Position numbers and translations under genes: made by a program. From an uncultured Pseudomonadales bacterium (GTDB lineage Bacteria; Patescibacteriota; Microgenomatia; UBA1400; UBA12108): DNA of 57,281 nt. The notes below the pieces were generated by a model that was not told the DNA's origin, made no database searches, and worked only from the letters and a program-made list of their open reading frames with translations. This document shows positions 19,275 through 29,036 of the stretch, piece after piece; the stretch's first letter is position 1, and each line of letters begins with the position of its first letter. Location: positions 14,137-71,417 of the forward strand of contig CAZSVV010000003.1 of the NCBI GenBank assembly GCA_964610445.1, read 5' to 3'.

Positions 19275-20900
19275 ATGTATAAATATATTCTAGTCGCAAT
19301 CTTGGCTACCTCTGCCTTGCTCCGGTTAACCTTCCTCAATTCTCATATGGACACGCTCTATGGCGACGAAGTAGCCCTGGGTTATAACGCGTATGCAATC
19401 AAAGAAACACTGCATGATGAATTTGGTCGCTTTATGCCGCTCCAGTTTGAGAGTTGGGGAGACCAAAAAAATCCAGTCTATATCTATGCAACAGCTCTAG
19501 TTCAGCTCATAACTGGCCCTACTATGGCGAGTGTTCGCATCCCCTCAGCCATAGCTGGGATTCTCGCAGTCTACCTGACTTACAGGCTAGCGATACTCCT
19601 CAAGCTCGGTAGTGTTGTTGCGCTGGTTTCGTCGTTCTTCTTAGCAGTTAATCCATGGCACATTCATATTAGTAGAGGTGGTTACGAAGCAAATGTTGCT
19701 CTAACTCTCGGCCTCGGCAGTGTAGTCCTGCTCCTAACTCAAAGGTATGCACTCTCCGCCTTGCTACTCGCGATCTCTACTTATACCTACTACACCACCA
19801 AAATGTTTGCCCCATTATTACTACTGTTTACCTGGATCTATATGATCAACTGGTCCAAGTACAAAAATAGTATCAAACCATTTATCAAATACTGGGTGAT
19901 AGCTCTTATACTCGTACTCCCCATAATTTATCTTGCCTTATTTAAGGGAGGACAGGTCCGTTTTCAGAGCATTAATATCTTTGTCGACAAGACAGTAACA
20001 CCTAGGGTGGAGAGAGCGCGCAACTTTTTTGATAACCCTGATAGCCTAGGAGCCAAGTTGAGCGAGAATCGATTTACCTATCATCTTAGCGATTTTGTCA
20101 TGTACTACTTAGAAAATTTTTCGGGACAATTCCTATTTGTGGGCGGGGATAGTAACGTCCGCTATGGGCTCGCTGGTCACGGCATGCTGTATCTCCTGGA
20201 CGCTCCACTGATCTTAATGGGACTAATCTTGCTCTACCAAAAAAATCGCCGGGCATGGTATTTCCTCTTTGCCTGGCTTATACTCGCCCCACTCCCAACC
20301 GCTCTTGTAGGTCGCGCCTACGGACTGCGTAGCCTAGCCATACTCCCGATCCCACAGATCCTGGCTGCCTACACGCTTTTTTCCTGGTATCAATCAACCA
20401 AAAAATCAAAAATTATTACAGCGTTCTATATACTATTTACAATCAGCTATATACTCAGTATTTCTAACTGGCTCCATCGCTACATATATCAGTATCCTGC
20501 CTATGGTCGCTACTGGTACGATGCTCCAATGCAAGATGCAGTGACTTACGCCAAGGAGAGAGAAGATAAATATGACCAGATTATCATCAGTCAGAGTTAT
20601 GGAGAGGTCTCGATGTATTATGCGTTCCTAAACAAGATCCACCCCGATATCTATCGACAGGCCAAAGCTAACAAAGTTGCTGTCGACGGCGTACCGATGG
20701 TCAAAATAGGCAAATACTACTTTGGCGATATCAGGCCAAAAGGGCCGATTGAAAAGATGGATATCCCACATAATACCTTGATCCTAGTTCAGCCGTATTT
20801 TGAATACGGCGAAGGAACAATCATTGCTCGTGATGATGGTAGACCTATCTATCGTGTTTTCGATTTTCCGACAGTCCACATGAAAGCCAAAGATCAATGA
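19275..20900 (+). CDS. GT-C fold membrane glycosyltransferase, PMT-like; third of the triplet
   Basis: The ATG at 19275 lies 1 nt after the upstream stop; the listed start at 19260 is an alternative. 'LYGDEVALGYNAYAIKETLHDEFG', 'VRIPSAIAGILAVYLTYRLA' and 'NPWHIHISR' are present. The C-terminal 'YGEVSMYYAFLNKIHP' matches the 9047.. paralog. Confidence 0.75.
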   Translation: MYKYILVAILATSALLRLTFLNSHMDTLYGDEVALGYNAYAIKETLHDEFGRFMPLQFESWGDQKNPVYIYATALVQLITGPTMASVRIPSAIAGILAVYLTYRLAILLKLGSVVALVSSFFLAVNPWHIHISRGGYEANVALTLGLGSVVLLLTQRYALSALLLAISTYTYYTTKMFAPLLLLFTWIYMINWSKYKNSIKPFIKYWVIALILVLPIIYLALFKGGQVRFQSINIFVDKTVTPRVERARNFFDNPDSLGAKLSENRFTYHLSDFVMYYLENFSGQFLFVGGDSNVRYGLAGHGMLYLLDAPLILMGLILLYQKNRRAWYFLFAWLILAPLPTALVGRAYGLRSLAILPIPQILAAYTLFSWYQSTKKSKIITAFYILFTISYILSISNWLHRYIYQYPAYGRYWYDAPMQDAVTYAKEREDKYDQIIISQSYGEVSMYYAFLNKIHPDIYRQAKANKVAVDGVPMVKIGKYYFGDIRPKGPIEKMDIPHNTLILVQPYFEYGEGTIIARDDGRPIYRVFDFPTVHMKAKDQ

Positions 20901-21553
20901 AGTTATACGTAGTAGTACCAGCATATAACGAATCAAGATTTATCGGTCGCTTTTTAGATAAATTAACTAAGAAAACTAAAAACATTCTTGTGATAGATGA
21001 CGGAAGTCGGGATCGTACAACAGATATTGTAAAGTCAAAAGGAATCAAAGTACTTACTCATATCACCAATCTGGGCAAGGGAGCTGCATTAAAGACTGGT
21101 TGTGAGTATGCGTTTAATAGACTTGGTGCTGATGGAGTAATCATTATGGATGGAGATGATCAGCACGACGTCTCAGATATCGCACAGTTTACCAAGACAC
21201 TGAGGGGAGGGGCGCAGATTGTTTTAGGAGTTAGAGCGATGGATAGTCGGATGCCCCTGACCCGGTTACTAGGCAACAGATTTACTTCTGTTTTAATCAA
21301 CGTTCTTTTTGGCCGTTACATCTCTGATGTTCCAAGTGGTTTTAAAGCTATGACTAAGAGTGCTTACAAAAAGCTCTTATGGCATAGTAGCGGTTATGAG
21401 GTCGAGACAGAAATTGCCGTAAGAATCGCAAAAAGTAAAATAAAATACGTCGAGATTCCAATCAACACTATCTATCATGGCAAAGAATATGGATTTAACC
21501 TGATCGATGCCATCCGTATTATAATAAAGATACCTTACTGGATATGGAGTTAA
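20897..21553 (+). CDS. Polyprenyl-phosphate sugar synthase-type GT2 (DPM1/Ppm1/GtrB-like catalytic domain)
   Basis: Motifs 'VVVPAYNESRFI', 'VIDDGSRDRT', 'NLGKGAALKTG', 'IIMDGDDQHD' and 'VLGVR' are present. It is only 218 aa and has no C-terminal TM helices. ATGA overlap with the last GT-C of the triplet. Confidence 0.75.
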   Translation: MKLYVVVPAYNESRFIGRFLDKLTKKTKNILVIDDGSRDRTTDIVKSKGIKVLTHITNLGKGAALKTGCEYAFNRLGADGVIIMDGDDQHDVSDIAQFTKTLRGGAQIVLGVRAMDSRMPLTRLLGNRFTSVLINVLFGRYISDVPSGFKAMTKSAYKKLLWHSSGYEVETEIAVRIAKSKIKYVEIPINTIYHGKEYGFNLIDAIRIIIKIPYWIWS

Positions 21554-21558
21554 ATAAT

Positions 21559-21879
21559 ATGATTGGAATACAACTTTTTTCGGTAGTGTTTATCTTCATT
21601 ATGCTCTACGTAGTTCGCATTCATTACAAAAAGCAAGAACTACCAAAAGTAGAAGCTCTGTTTTGGAGCATAGTCCTACTATCTCTAGCTACTATCGTAA
21701 TAGTACCTGGTAGTGCTGACGCAGTTAGAAACCTTTTTCAGGTATCTCGACTGCTCGACGTAATCATGATAATTGCCTTTATGGGTACCTTTATATTCTT
21801 AATAGAGAATCGAATTCAGATTAGCAAGCTCCGTTCCAAACTAGAAGTCTTGACTCGAGAGCAAGCTATGAACGATTAG
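21559..21879 (+). CDS. Small (about 106 aa) three-helix membrane protein, DUF2304-like
   Basis: A GGAG lies 8 nt upstream of the ATG at 21559; the listed start at 21544 is an alternative. Three hydrophobic helices are followed by an amphipathic tail 'ISKLRSKLEVLTREQ'. DUF2304-type proteins typically follow DPM1-like GT2 genes. Confidence 0.45.
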   Translation: MIGIQLFSVVFIFIMLYVVRIHYKKQELPKVEALFWSIVLLSLATIVIVPGSADAVRNLFQVSRLLDVIMIIAFMGTFIFLIENRIQISKLRSKLEVLTREQAMND

Positions 21880-21880
21880 T

Positions 21881-22657
21881 ATGAAGTTACCAAAAATTTC
21901 AGTCGTTACCCCTAGCTATAATCAGGCCAAGTACATAAGAGCTACAATTGACAGCATCCTCTCCCAGGATTATCCCAATCTCGAATATATCGTAATGGAT
22001 GGTGGTAGTACTGACGATACCGTCGAGATTCTCAAGAGCTATGGTAACAAAATACAATGGGAGAGTAAAAAAGATAATGGACAGACACACGCAATTAACA
22101 AAGGGTTCCGTCTAGCAACAGGCCAAGTACTCGCATACCTCAACTCCGACGATGTATATCTCCCAGGCACACTCAGAGCAGTAGGGGAGTATTACGCCAA
22201 GTCGAAAGCCGATTGGATTACAGGCGACTGCATAGTGATTGATGAAAACGGTAATCCTAGTCGTAGTAACTGGCTAATCTCTGGATATAAGCGTCTGCTT
22301 ATGAAGTTATACAGTCGAACCACACTTATGATTGCCGATTCCATGTTGCCTCAACCATCAACTTTCTGGTCCCGCGACGCTGCTAATGTTGTAGGGGAGT
22401 TTAACGAAAAATATCACTACGTCATGGACTACGACTACTGGCTAAGATTATCTAAGCATTATAGACCCCACGATCTCAAGGTAGCACTCTCTGGTTTTCG
22501 TGCCCAACCAGACAGTAAGAGCGAAACTAGTCGTCCAAAGTTGATGGCAGAGGGTGAACTGGCGTTAGTTGCGAATGGGGCCGAGACCTGGCATCTCATG
22601 CTCCATCGTGCACATTCGGCGGTTGTACGCCTCATCTATAATATTCTTAAGCAGTGA
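21881..22657 (+). CDS. Glycosyltransferase family 2
   Basis: Motifs 'ISVVTPSYNQAKYI', 'IVMDGGSTDDT' and 'AYLNSDD' are present. Confidence 0.8.
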   Translation: MKLPKISVVTPSYNQAKYIRATIDSILSQDYPNLEYIVMDGGSTDDTVEILKSYGNKIQWESKKDNGQTHAINKGFRLATGQVLAYLNSDDVYLPGTLRAVGEYYAKSKADWITGDCIVIDENGNPSRSNWLISGYKRLLMKLYSRTTLMIADSMLPQPSTFWSRDAANVVGEFNEKYHYVMDYDYWLRLSKHYRPHDLKVALSGFRAQPDSKSETSRPKLMAEGELALVANGAETWHLMLHRAHSAVVRLIYNILKQ

Positions 22658-22680
22658 TTACTTTTTAATAAATCAAGTCG

Positions 22681-24060
22681 ATGAAATTAAATAAATTAGC
22701 ATTCATCGTAAGTTTAGTACTTTGTATAACTTTTGCATTAGCGGGTACATTTATATCAGTTAATCGATTTTATCAATTTGATTCTTTCTACTATGATTTT
22801 GGTATATTTGATCAAGCGATTTGGCGAGTTTCACAACTTAGAGCACCAGTAATCGATCATTATGTCGTTGGTGGATCATGGATATTTGGGGATCATTTTA
22901 GCCCAGCATTAATGTTGCTCGCACCCATATATTGGATTACACATGCTCAAGAGGCGATATTCTTTGTTCAAGCTGCATTTGCCGCCCTAGCCGGGTTTAT
23001 CTTGTATAAGACCTCATACGCACTGACCAAGAATAGTTATGTCTCAATCTCAGTTCAAATAGCTTTTTATCTCTTTACCGGACTACAAAACGCCGTGATT
23101 ACAGATATCCATGAGTTAACATTCGCGACTCTCCCCCTCTCGATAGTGCTATATTCGCTCGTCACGCTTAACAAGCGTATGTACATATTTTCATCTCTCT
23201 TTCTACTCCTATTCAAAGAATCAACATTTCTAGTTATTTGTGGCATTCATTTCTATACATGGTTAAAAGTAAAAGAATGGCGAAATGTGACGATTATTCT
23301 TTCAACGCTTAGTATTATTTATGCATACAGCATAATATCCTACGTAATCCCTGCTTTTTCAAACTACTATCAGTATAACTTTTTGGCAGGTCATACCGTG
23401 CAGAGTGCCGTAAGCGCTCTCTATGACCATCCCATCAAGATAAAAACACTTGTCGACAGTTTCACAAGCTTCTCTTTTACTGCGATATTTACACCATCAC
23501 TCTGGCCGACGTACTTAGTTCATTATTGGACACGGTTTTTATCTTCGGCTGGCTCGCGTTGGGAAATTGGGCTTCACTACAATGCTGAGATTGCCCCGAT
23601 TTACGCTTTCTCCCTGATGCTAGTCTTAGATAAATTAACTAAACATAAAAAGACGATAACTCAGTTAGTGATAGTTTTTGTTGTTACTACCTTTGCACTC
23701 TATCAGAATTATGCTCGGCTAAAAATGCCATTCTTAATGGCCATTAATCCTGCGCTCTACCTTGCATCAGATCGAACAATCGAAATACGACAATATCTTA
23801 AGCAAATGCCAGCAGATCCAGTAATTATGGCACCAAATCATCTTGCAGCCCACCTCTCACACAAAAACGTGCGACTCGCTCGCGATAAGTATAGCGATTA
23901 CGATCCAGAATATATAATTTTTGATACTAATCCAGATCAAAATGCCAACAACTGGTATGGTTTAAAGGACAAAGATCAGTTTATGAAGAATGTATCTGCA
24001 GATTTTGATTATAAGCTGATACAATCAATATCTAGCTACCTAGTATACAAGAAGAATTAA
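22681..24060 (+). CDS. DUF2079-like polytopic membrane protein (putative GT-C-type)
   Basis: The signature-like loop '[13 protein letters not shown]' follows TM1. 459 aa with many helices and a short soluble C-terminus. Confidence 0.6.
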   Translation: MKLNKLAFIVSLVLCITFALAGTFISVNRFYQFDSFYYDFGIFDQAIWRVSQLRAPVIDHYVVGGSWIFGDHFSPALMLLAPIYWITHAQEAIFFVQAAFAALAGFILYKTSYALTKNSYVSISVQIAFYLFTGLQNAVITDIHELTFATLPLSIVLYSLVTLNKRMYIFSSLFLLLFKESTFLVICGIHFYTWLKVKEWRNVTIILSTLSIIYAYSIISYVIPAFSNYYQYNFLAGHTVQSAVSALYDHPIKIKTLVDSFTSFSFTAIFTPSLWPTYLVHYWTRFLSSAGSRWEIGLHYNAEIAPIYAFSLMLVLDKLTKHKKTITQLVIVFVVTTFALYQNYARLKMPFLMAINPALYLASDRTIEIRQYLKQMPADPVIMAPNHLAAHLSHKNVRLARDKYSDYDPEYIIFDTNPDQNANNWYGLKDKDQFMKNVSADFDYKLIQSISSYLVYKKN

Positions 24061-24062
24061 CT

Positions 24063-25007
24063 ATGTCTCAAGAATATTGGGCAAATAAGCGCGTAGTAGT
24101 CACTGGTGGAGCAGGATTTCTCGGATCTAATGTAGTTAAACAACTAGAGGCACTCAGTGTGAAGGATATTGTGATACCACGCTCTAGCACCGATGACCTA
24201 CGATCACAAGAGACTTGTGCCAAGGTGGTAGCTGGAGCAGACATAGTTATTCACCTGGCAGCTAACGTAGGAGGTATTGGATACAACCGAGATTTTCCTG
24301 GGACACTCTTTTACGATAACTTGCTCATGGGTGTACACATGATGGAAGAGAGTAGGAAGGCTGGGGTTAAAAAGTTTGTAGCCATAGGAACGATTTGCGC
24401 CTACCCAAAATTTGCCCCAATCCCTTTTAAAGAACAAGATCTTTGGGATGGATATCCAGAAGAAACTAACGCGCCATATGGCCTAGCCAAAAAGATGATG
24501 CTAGTCCAGAGTACTGCATATAGGGACCAGTACGACTTTAATAGTATCTTTCTATTACCAGTCAACTTATATGGACCTGGAGACAACTTTGAGCCAGGAA
24601 GTAGCCACGTTATCCCAGCTCTTATAAAAAAATTTGTAGAAGCAAAGCAAAATGGATCTAATAGTGTCGAAGTATGGGGAGATGGTTCTGCTACCAGAGA
24701 ATTTTGTTATGTAGATGACGCGGCAAGAGGCATTATTCTCGCGAGCGAAAAGTATGACAAAAGTGAGCCAGTAAATATTGGTGCTGGATTTGAAATATCG
24801 ATACATGATCTCGCAAACAAAATAAAGGAATTAACCGCTTTCAGTGGTCAAATCATTTGGGATAAAGATAAACCCAACGGACAGCCTAGGCGGATGCTTG
24901 ATGTGTCGCGTGCAACACTCGAATTTGGTTTTGCTGCAAACACCACCTTTGATGAAGGACTATCAAAAACAGTAAGTTGGTATATCAATAATTCCTCAAA
25001 TATATGA
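24063..25007 (+). CDS. fcl: GDP-L-fucose synthase (GDP-4-keto-6-deoxy-D-mannose 3,5-epimerase/4-reductase)
   Basis: Motifs '[13 protein letters not shown]', '[12 protein letters not shown]', '[14 protein letters not shown]', '[10 protein letters not shown]', 'NLYGPGDNF', '[11 protein letters not shown]' and '[16 protein letters not shown]' are present. Confidence 0.85.
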   Translation: MSQEYWANKRVVVTGGAGFLGSNVVKQLEALSVKDIVIPRSSTDDLRSQETCAKVVAGADIVIHLAANVGGIGYNRDFPGTLFYDNLLMGVHMMEESRKAGVKKFVAIGTICAYPKFAPIPFKEQDLWDGYPEETNAPYGLAKKMMLVQSTAYRDQYDFNSIFLLPVNLYGPGDNFEPGSSHVIPALIKKFVEAKQNGSNSVEVWGDGSATREFCYVDDAARGIILASEKYDKSEPVNIGAGFEISIHDLANKIKELTAFSGQIIWDKDKPNGQPRRMLDVSRATLEFGFAANTTFDEGLSKTVSWYINNSSNI

Positions 25008-25957
25008 ACTGGTATAGGCATTACATTGGACTATATCTGAGCGTTTTTTCAGTTTTGATGGCTGCCATAGAAACATATAAGTATCCTGGATTTATATTTA
25101 AGCACTTCAATTTTTTACCAATGATCTTTTATGTAATAACTGGGGTTGCAATAATTGCGATCAAACTATATCCTCCGCCAACTCCAGAGAAATCTCTTCT
25201 CGCAATAATGTTCAGATTGCTCGCTATATATTCCATCATTTTGACCGGCATATTTTATATTATCGAAACAATAACTTACCCTAATTTCATTTTTACTTAC
25301 CTACATGTCCACCTAGATGGTTTGCAAATCCTGACAGGCATGCTTTTTGTATACTTTGCCTTATCAAACCTTATGCATAGACATTATGTCGCTATTCTAA
25401 ACAGCACTTTTCTTCTAGCTATATCATCACTCTTAATAAACTACACAATAATAAACTCGATTGATGTGGCCAAATTAGTTAAAAAAGAGGTCAAGGCCAT
25501 GCAGATACCCGCAATAAACGATGAAGAAAAAAATGAAGCAGGGTGGGGGACGATCTACCGGTATGCGCAAATGTTAAAACAAGCCACTCCAGAGGATGCA
25601 GTCATCGCGATGCCACCAGCTCAAAATCACTGGTTATACTCTGGCAACATTGTGTTAATGCGTTACTTTTTGTATCCACGGACGCTGACCAACGTCAAAG
25701 AAACTGCTGACACTTCTACTCTGACAGAACTACCCAACCAAGATTATGACTACATCGCTCTCGTTTGGGGTGAGTCTAATGAGCGCGACACTTCTCCTTA
25801 TGGCTGGCCAAAGACTAGTATTAATGCTGAGTATATCGAATATTTTGATCTGAGTAGTAATACTTCCAAACGTGTAGATAGCGCAGAATACATCCCAGCG
25901 TATTTAAATGAGCCTTTATGGGGGGTGATTAAGTTTAAAAAAGAGGAGTCTCAATGA
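25004..25957 (+). CDS. Membrane protein of unknown function (about 5 N-terminal TM helices plus a 150-aa soluble C-domain)
   Basis: Hydrophobicity pattern only. The C-domain segment '[29 protein letters not shown]' resembles the C-terminal domains of the PMT-like GT-Cs in this window. ATGA overlaps at both ends. Confidence 0.55.
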   Translation: MNWYRHYIGLYLSVFSVLMAAIETYKYPGFIFKHFNFLPMIFYVITGVAIIAIKLYPPPTPEKSLLAIMFRLLAIYSIILTGIFYIIETITYPNFIFTYLHVHLDGLQILTGMLFVYFALSNLMHRHYVAILNSTFLLAISSLLINYTIINSIDVAKLVKKEVKAMQIPAINDEEKNEAGWGTIYRYAQMLKQATPEDAVIAMPPAQNHWLYSGNIVLMRYFLYPRTLTNVKETADTSTLTELPNQDYDYIALVWGESNERDTSPYGWPKTSINAEYIEYFDLSSNTSKRVDSAEYIPAYLNEPLWGVIKFKKEESQ

Positions 25958-27249
25958 TGCTCATCTTAATCACACTACTCGTTGTGTTGGGAGGATTGAT
26001 ACTCGGCCGATACTTATACCCAGCCGCAAATACTCTAATTTCTATAAGTGTAGGTATTCTCCTAGGGATTGGGCTATATATTATCGCAATGTACTTGCTC
26101 GGAGTGATGGGTATTGCGTGGACCCAGCTGGCCTTAATCATCTTGGCAATAACATTCTTTGGCGCATCATTAACACTAATGAAGTCAATCACTAGACCAT
26201 CCAAAGCTCCAAACCAACTATTGGGGATCTTAGTAGTCTTACTTTTTGCTTTTTTCTCGGTCGTTGTTAACTCGTACTGGCCGGTCCGAGACTGGGACGC
26301 TCTAACTCTCTATGATTTTAGAGCCAAAGTTTTTTCTGAAAACAAGGCGATTACAGGGATCTTTACTCCTGAGCTCAATTACTATTTAGCTTACCCGTTC
26401 TTCACATCATTAATTCATACGGTGTCATATATCTTCGATTATGGGAGGCCAGCAATCTACTACAGCTTAGTTTATACAGCACTCGGTCTATTTATCTACG
26501 GCTTTTTGAGTCAAAAAGTATCCAAAGTATTGTCTATTCTCTTTACCATCTTGGTGCTGATTAGTGGTGACATCTTTAACCACTCCTTCATTTCTTATAC
26601 CAACCTTACTTATACTACATACTTTGTAGTCGGGATACTTATATTTTCAGAAGGGATAGCAACTAAAAAATCTAAGTTATTAATCTTGGGATCTACCTTA
26701 ATCGGGGTTATGCAGCATGTTAGGTATGATGACCCGTTTTGGGTCATCCCAATGCTTATCTCATTCTTGATATTCGTCAAGACTAAAAACTACAAACCAT
26801 TACTTATTTCTACTCTCATTATTTTTCTCTTTAGAATACTTTGGTCTGGATACAAAAACACCTTGATGAGCGAGTATGCAACAGTTGGGTCAATGCCGTA
26901 TCCCCAGTTATTCGAAACACTTATATCTACTAACCCAGTGCAAAGAGTCATTGAAGTCTCAACTTTTTTATATAAATCGTTGTGGCTAAAATACGGAATC
27001 CTGATTTACATATTTGTATTTTCTGTTTTGATCTCATGGAGAAAAAAATCAGAACTCCTTCGCCTAAGCCAACTCACTACATTTCTCATCCTTGCCATTC
27101 TTTATCTTGGAACTATAGCGATGAGTTATTTATACGCAAAGTGGAACGTGGTAGGTGGGTCAGTTGCACGCATGATGATGATCATAATTCCCACATCATT
27201 AGTCTCAGCTTGTCTAGCGCTCGGAGAATATTTTAATGAAAAAAAGTAA
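25954..27249 (+). CDS. Polytopic membrane protein, possible GT-C-type
   Basis: 431 aa and almost entirely hydrophobic helices. It has the acidic loop 'YWPVRDWDALTLYDFRAKVF'. Confidence 0.5.
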   Translation: MMLILITLLVVLGGLILGRYLYPAANTLISISVGILLGIGLYIIAMYLLGVMGIAWTQLALIILAITFFGASLTLMKSITRPSKAPNQLLGILVVLLFAFFSVVVNSYWPVRDWDALTLYDFRAKVFSENKAITGIFTPELNYYLAYPFFTSLIHTVSYIFDYGRPAIYYSLVYTALGLFIYGFLSQKVSKVLSILFTILVLISGDIFNHSFISYTNLTYTTYFVVGILIFSEGIATKKSKLLILGSTLIGVMQHVRYDDPFWVIPMLISFLIFVKTKNYKPLLISTLIIFLFRILWSGYKNTLMSEYATVGSMPYPQLFETLISTNPVQRVIEVSTFLYKSLWLKYGILIYIFVFSVLISWRKKSELLRLSQLTTFLILAILYLGTIAMSYLYAKWNVVGGSVARMMMIIIPTSLVSACLALGEYFNEKK

Positions 27250-28315
27250 AACTTTGATCTTGGGATATGGCTTGAGTCCTACTCGTTCAGAAGCAATCTC
27301 TAAGTCAACGATCAAACTGCAGAACATCCATAGGCAAATAGGTCTAGCTTGCGATATTATCTCGATCGACCAGTTAGTAGGAACCGAGTCTCTGGTCAAG
27401 TGTATTATCAACCGTCATAAAATTATCGAGAAGATAAATCGCGTTATATCAAAGAACCACTACACGCATATAGTGGATGTATTTGCCTTGCCTATTTCTT
27501 CATATATTTTTACCAAGTCAATTTTGGCAAATTTTCCTAGCTTATTATTTATCAAGGAAATTCAAAATGATTACGGATCATCGCGTCATTTAACTTACGA
27601 GACTTTTATCAGGCTAATCGGTAACAACAAATTATTATTTGACAACGTCCGCAAATCAGCCGACATCTGTTTTAGTCGTAATCTAAATCTCTGCAATAAG
27701 TACGCCTTGCATTACCTGCCAACTTCTGTTGCGATAAAGCCACTTAAGCGTCAAAGATATAACTCACCTCTACGAGTTTGCTACTTAGGTCATCCTTTAA
27801 CAAAAAAAGGTATATCAATATTTCCAGAGATGTTCAAGGATTCTAGATTTGGCAATAATTCTATCAAGTACAGCTTTGCGTTTAGTGATATAGGACCGAG
27901 AGAAGCAGTGATCAAAGAGTTTCGCAAAGTTTCAAAAGAGCAACAGATAAAAATCCATATTGAAGGCAAGGTAGATCCATCTACTTTTTTCCGCAATAAC
28001 GATCTTTACCTCTTGCCTATCCATGACCAGTTTGGGGCGGCTTCTACTCCCAATACCGTTCTCGAAGCAATGGAGGCGGGGTGCGTAGTTATGACCACAC
28101 CGATAGAGTCAGTACAGGGAGTCTTAAACGACCAAAACTCAATCTTGCTAAAAACTATAGATACATCTACGATACATGAAGCATTAATTTCATGCCAGAA
28201 AGACATAAAATCATTACTTAATAAATCAAAAAACGGCAGAAGCGTTATAATTAAAAAATATTCAACTGATAATTATATTTTACAACTAAGGAAGCTATAT
28301 GAAACGCAAAAATAA
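27236..28315 (+). CDS. Divergent GT-B fold (GT4-like) glycosyltransferase
   Basis: The C-domain has 'LRVCYLGHPLTKKGI' and 'FGAASTPNTVLEAMEAGCVVMTTP'. The N-domain is poorly conserved. Confidence 0.55.
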   Translation: MKKSKTLILGYGLSPTRSEAISKSTIKLQNIHRQIGLACDIISIDQLVGTESLVKCIINRHKIIEKINRVISKNHYTHIVDVFALPISSYIFTKSILANFPSLLFIKEIQNDYGSSRHLTYETFIRLIGNNKLLFDNVRKSADICFSRNLNLCNKYALHYLPTSVAIKPLKRQRYNSPLRVCYLGHPLTKKGISIFPEMFKDSRFGNNSIKYSFAFSDIGPREAVIKEFRKVSKEQQIKIHIEGKVDPSTFFRNNDLYLLPIHDQFGAASTPNTVLEAMEAGCVVMTTPIESVQGVLNDQNSILLKTIDTSTIHEALISCQKDIKSLLNKSKNGRSVIIKKYSTDNYILQLRKLYETQK

Positions 28316-29033
28316 AAAAGAAATTCAAAAATACTATCAGATTAACGACGTTGCATCTACCTATGATAATCGACGTTTTGTTGGCAAGGGTGGCGAGTAT
28401 ATTAATAGTACCGAAGTCTCAACTACCCTAAATGTCATGAAGAAAAGCTTAGGGGTTGACTCTCCAAAAGTTTTGGACCTTGGCTCAGGACGAGGTAGAC
28501 TATCTATACCTCTAAAGAAAGCGGGGTATAACACATATTGCCTGGATTCAAGTGAAAGCATGCTATCATTTTTGACTAAAGAATTTGGGCGTGATCATAT
28601 CTATATCCAATCTGTATTTGACAAAATACCCTCAAGTACCAAATTTGATGGTGTTACTTCGCTTCGTTTTTTTGATCACTTTGACGAGGCAGATCAGATT
28701 AAGATACTAATCAATGGCTCAAAATCATTAAAAAAAGGAGGCAAGTTCTTCTTAAGCGGTCTCAGTAGTCATTCACTAGAGTACATAGTATCTTTTCTAT
28801 TTCCTTATGGTAGGTACAACTACTACCTTTCACTAACTGTCTATGCCAAGATATTTGCAAAAGCCGGTCTGAGGCTAACCACATACGAAAGCGCATTTTT
28901 TATACCACGTGGAGTGTTTTTACATACAAATAACTACCCAGCCATACAGAAGGCCTTAATATCAATCGATTCCTTCATGACCAGAATATTGCCGTCTTTT
29001 GGGGCAATGAAAATTTTTGTACTAGAAAAATAA
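28299..29033 (+). CDS. Class I SAM-dependent methyltransferase
   Basis: Motif I 'VLDLGSGRGRLS' is followed by 'YCLDSSESM'. Confidence 0.75.
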   Translation: MKRKNKKEIQKYYQINDVASTYDNRRFVGKGGEYINSTEVSTTLNVMKKSLGVDSPKVLDLGSGRGRLSIPLKKAGYNTYCLDSSESMLSFLTKEFGRDHIYIQSVFDKIPSSTKFDGVTSLRFFDHFDEADQIKILINGSKSLKKGGKFFLSGLSSHSLEYIVSFLFPYGRYNYYLSLTVYAKIFAKAGLRLTTYESAFFIPRGVFLHTNNYPAIQKALISIDSFMTRILPSFGAMKIFVLEK

Positions 29034-29036
29034 CCT

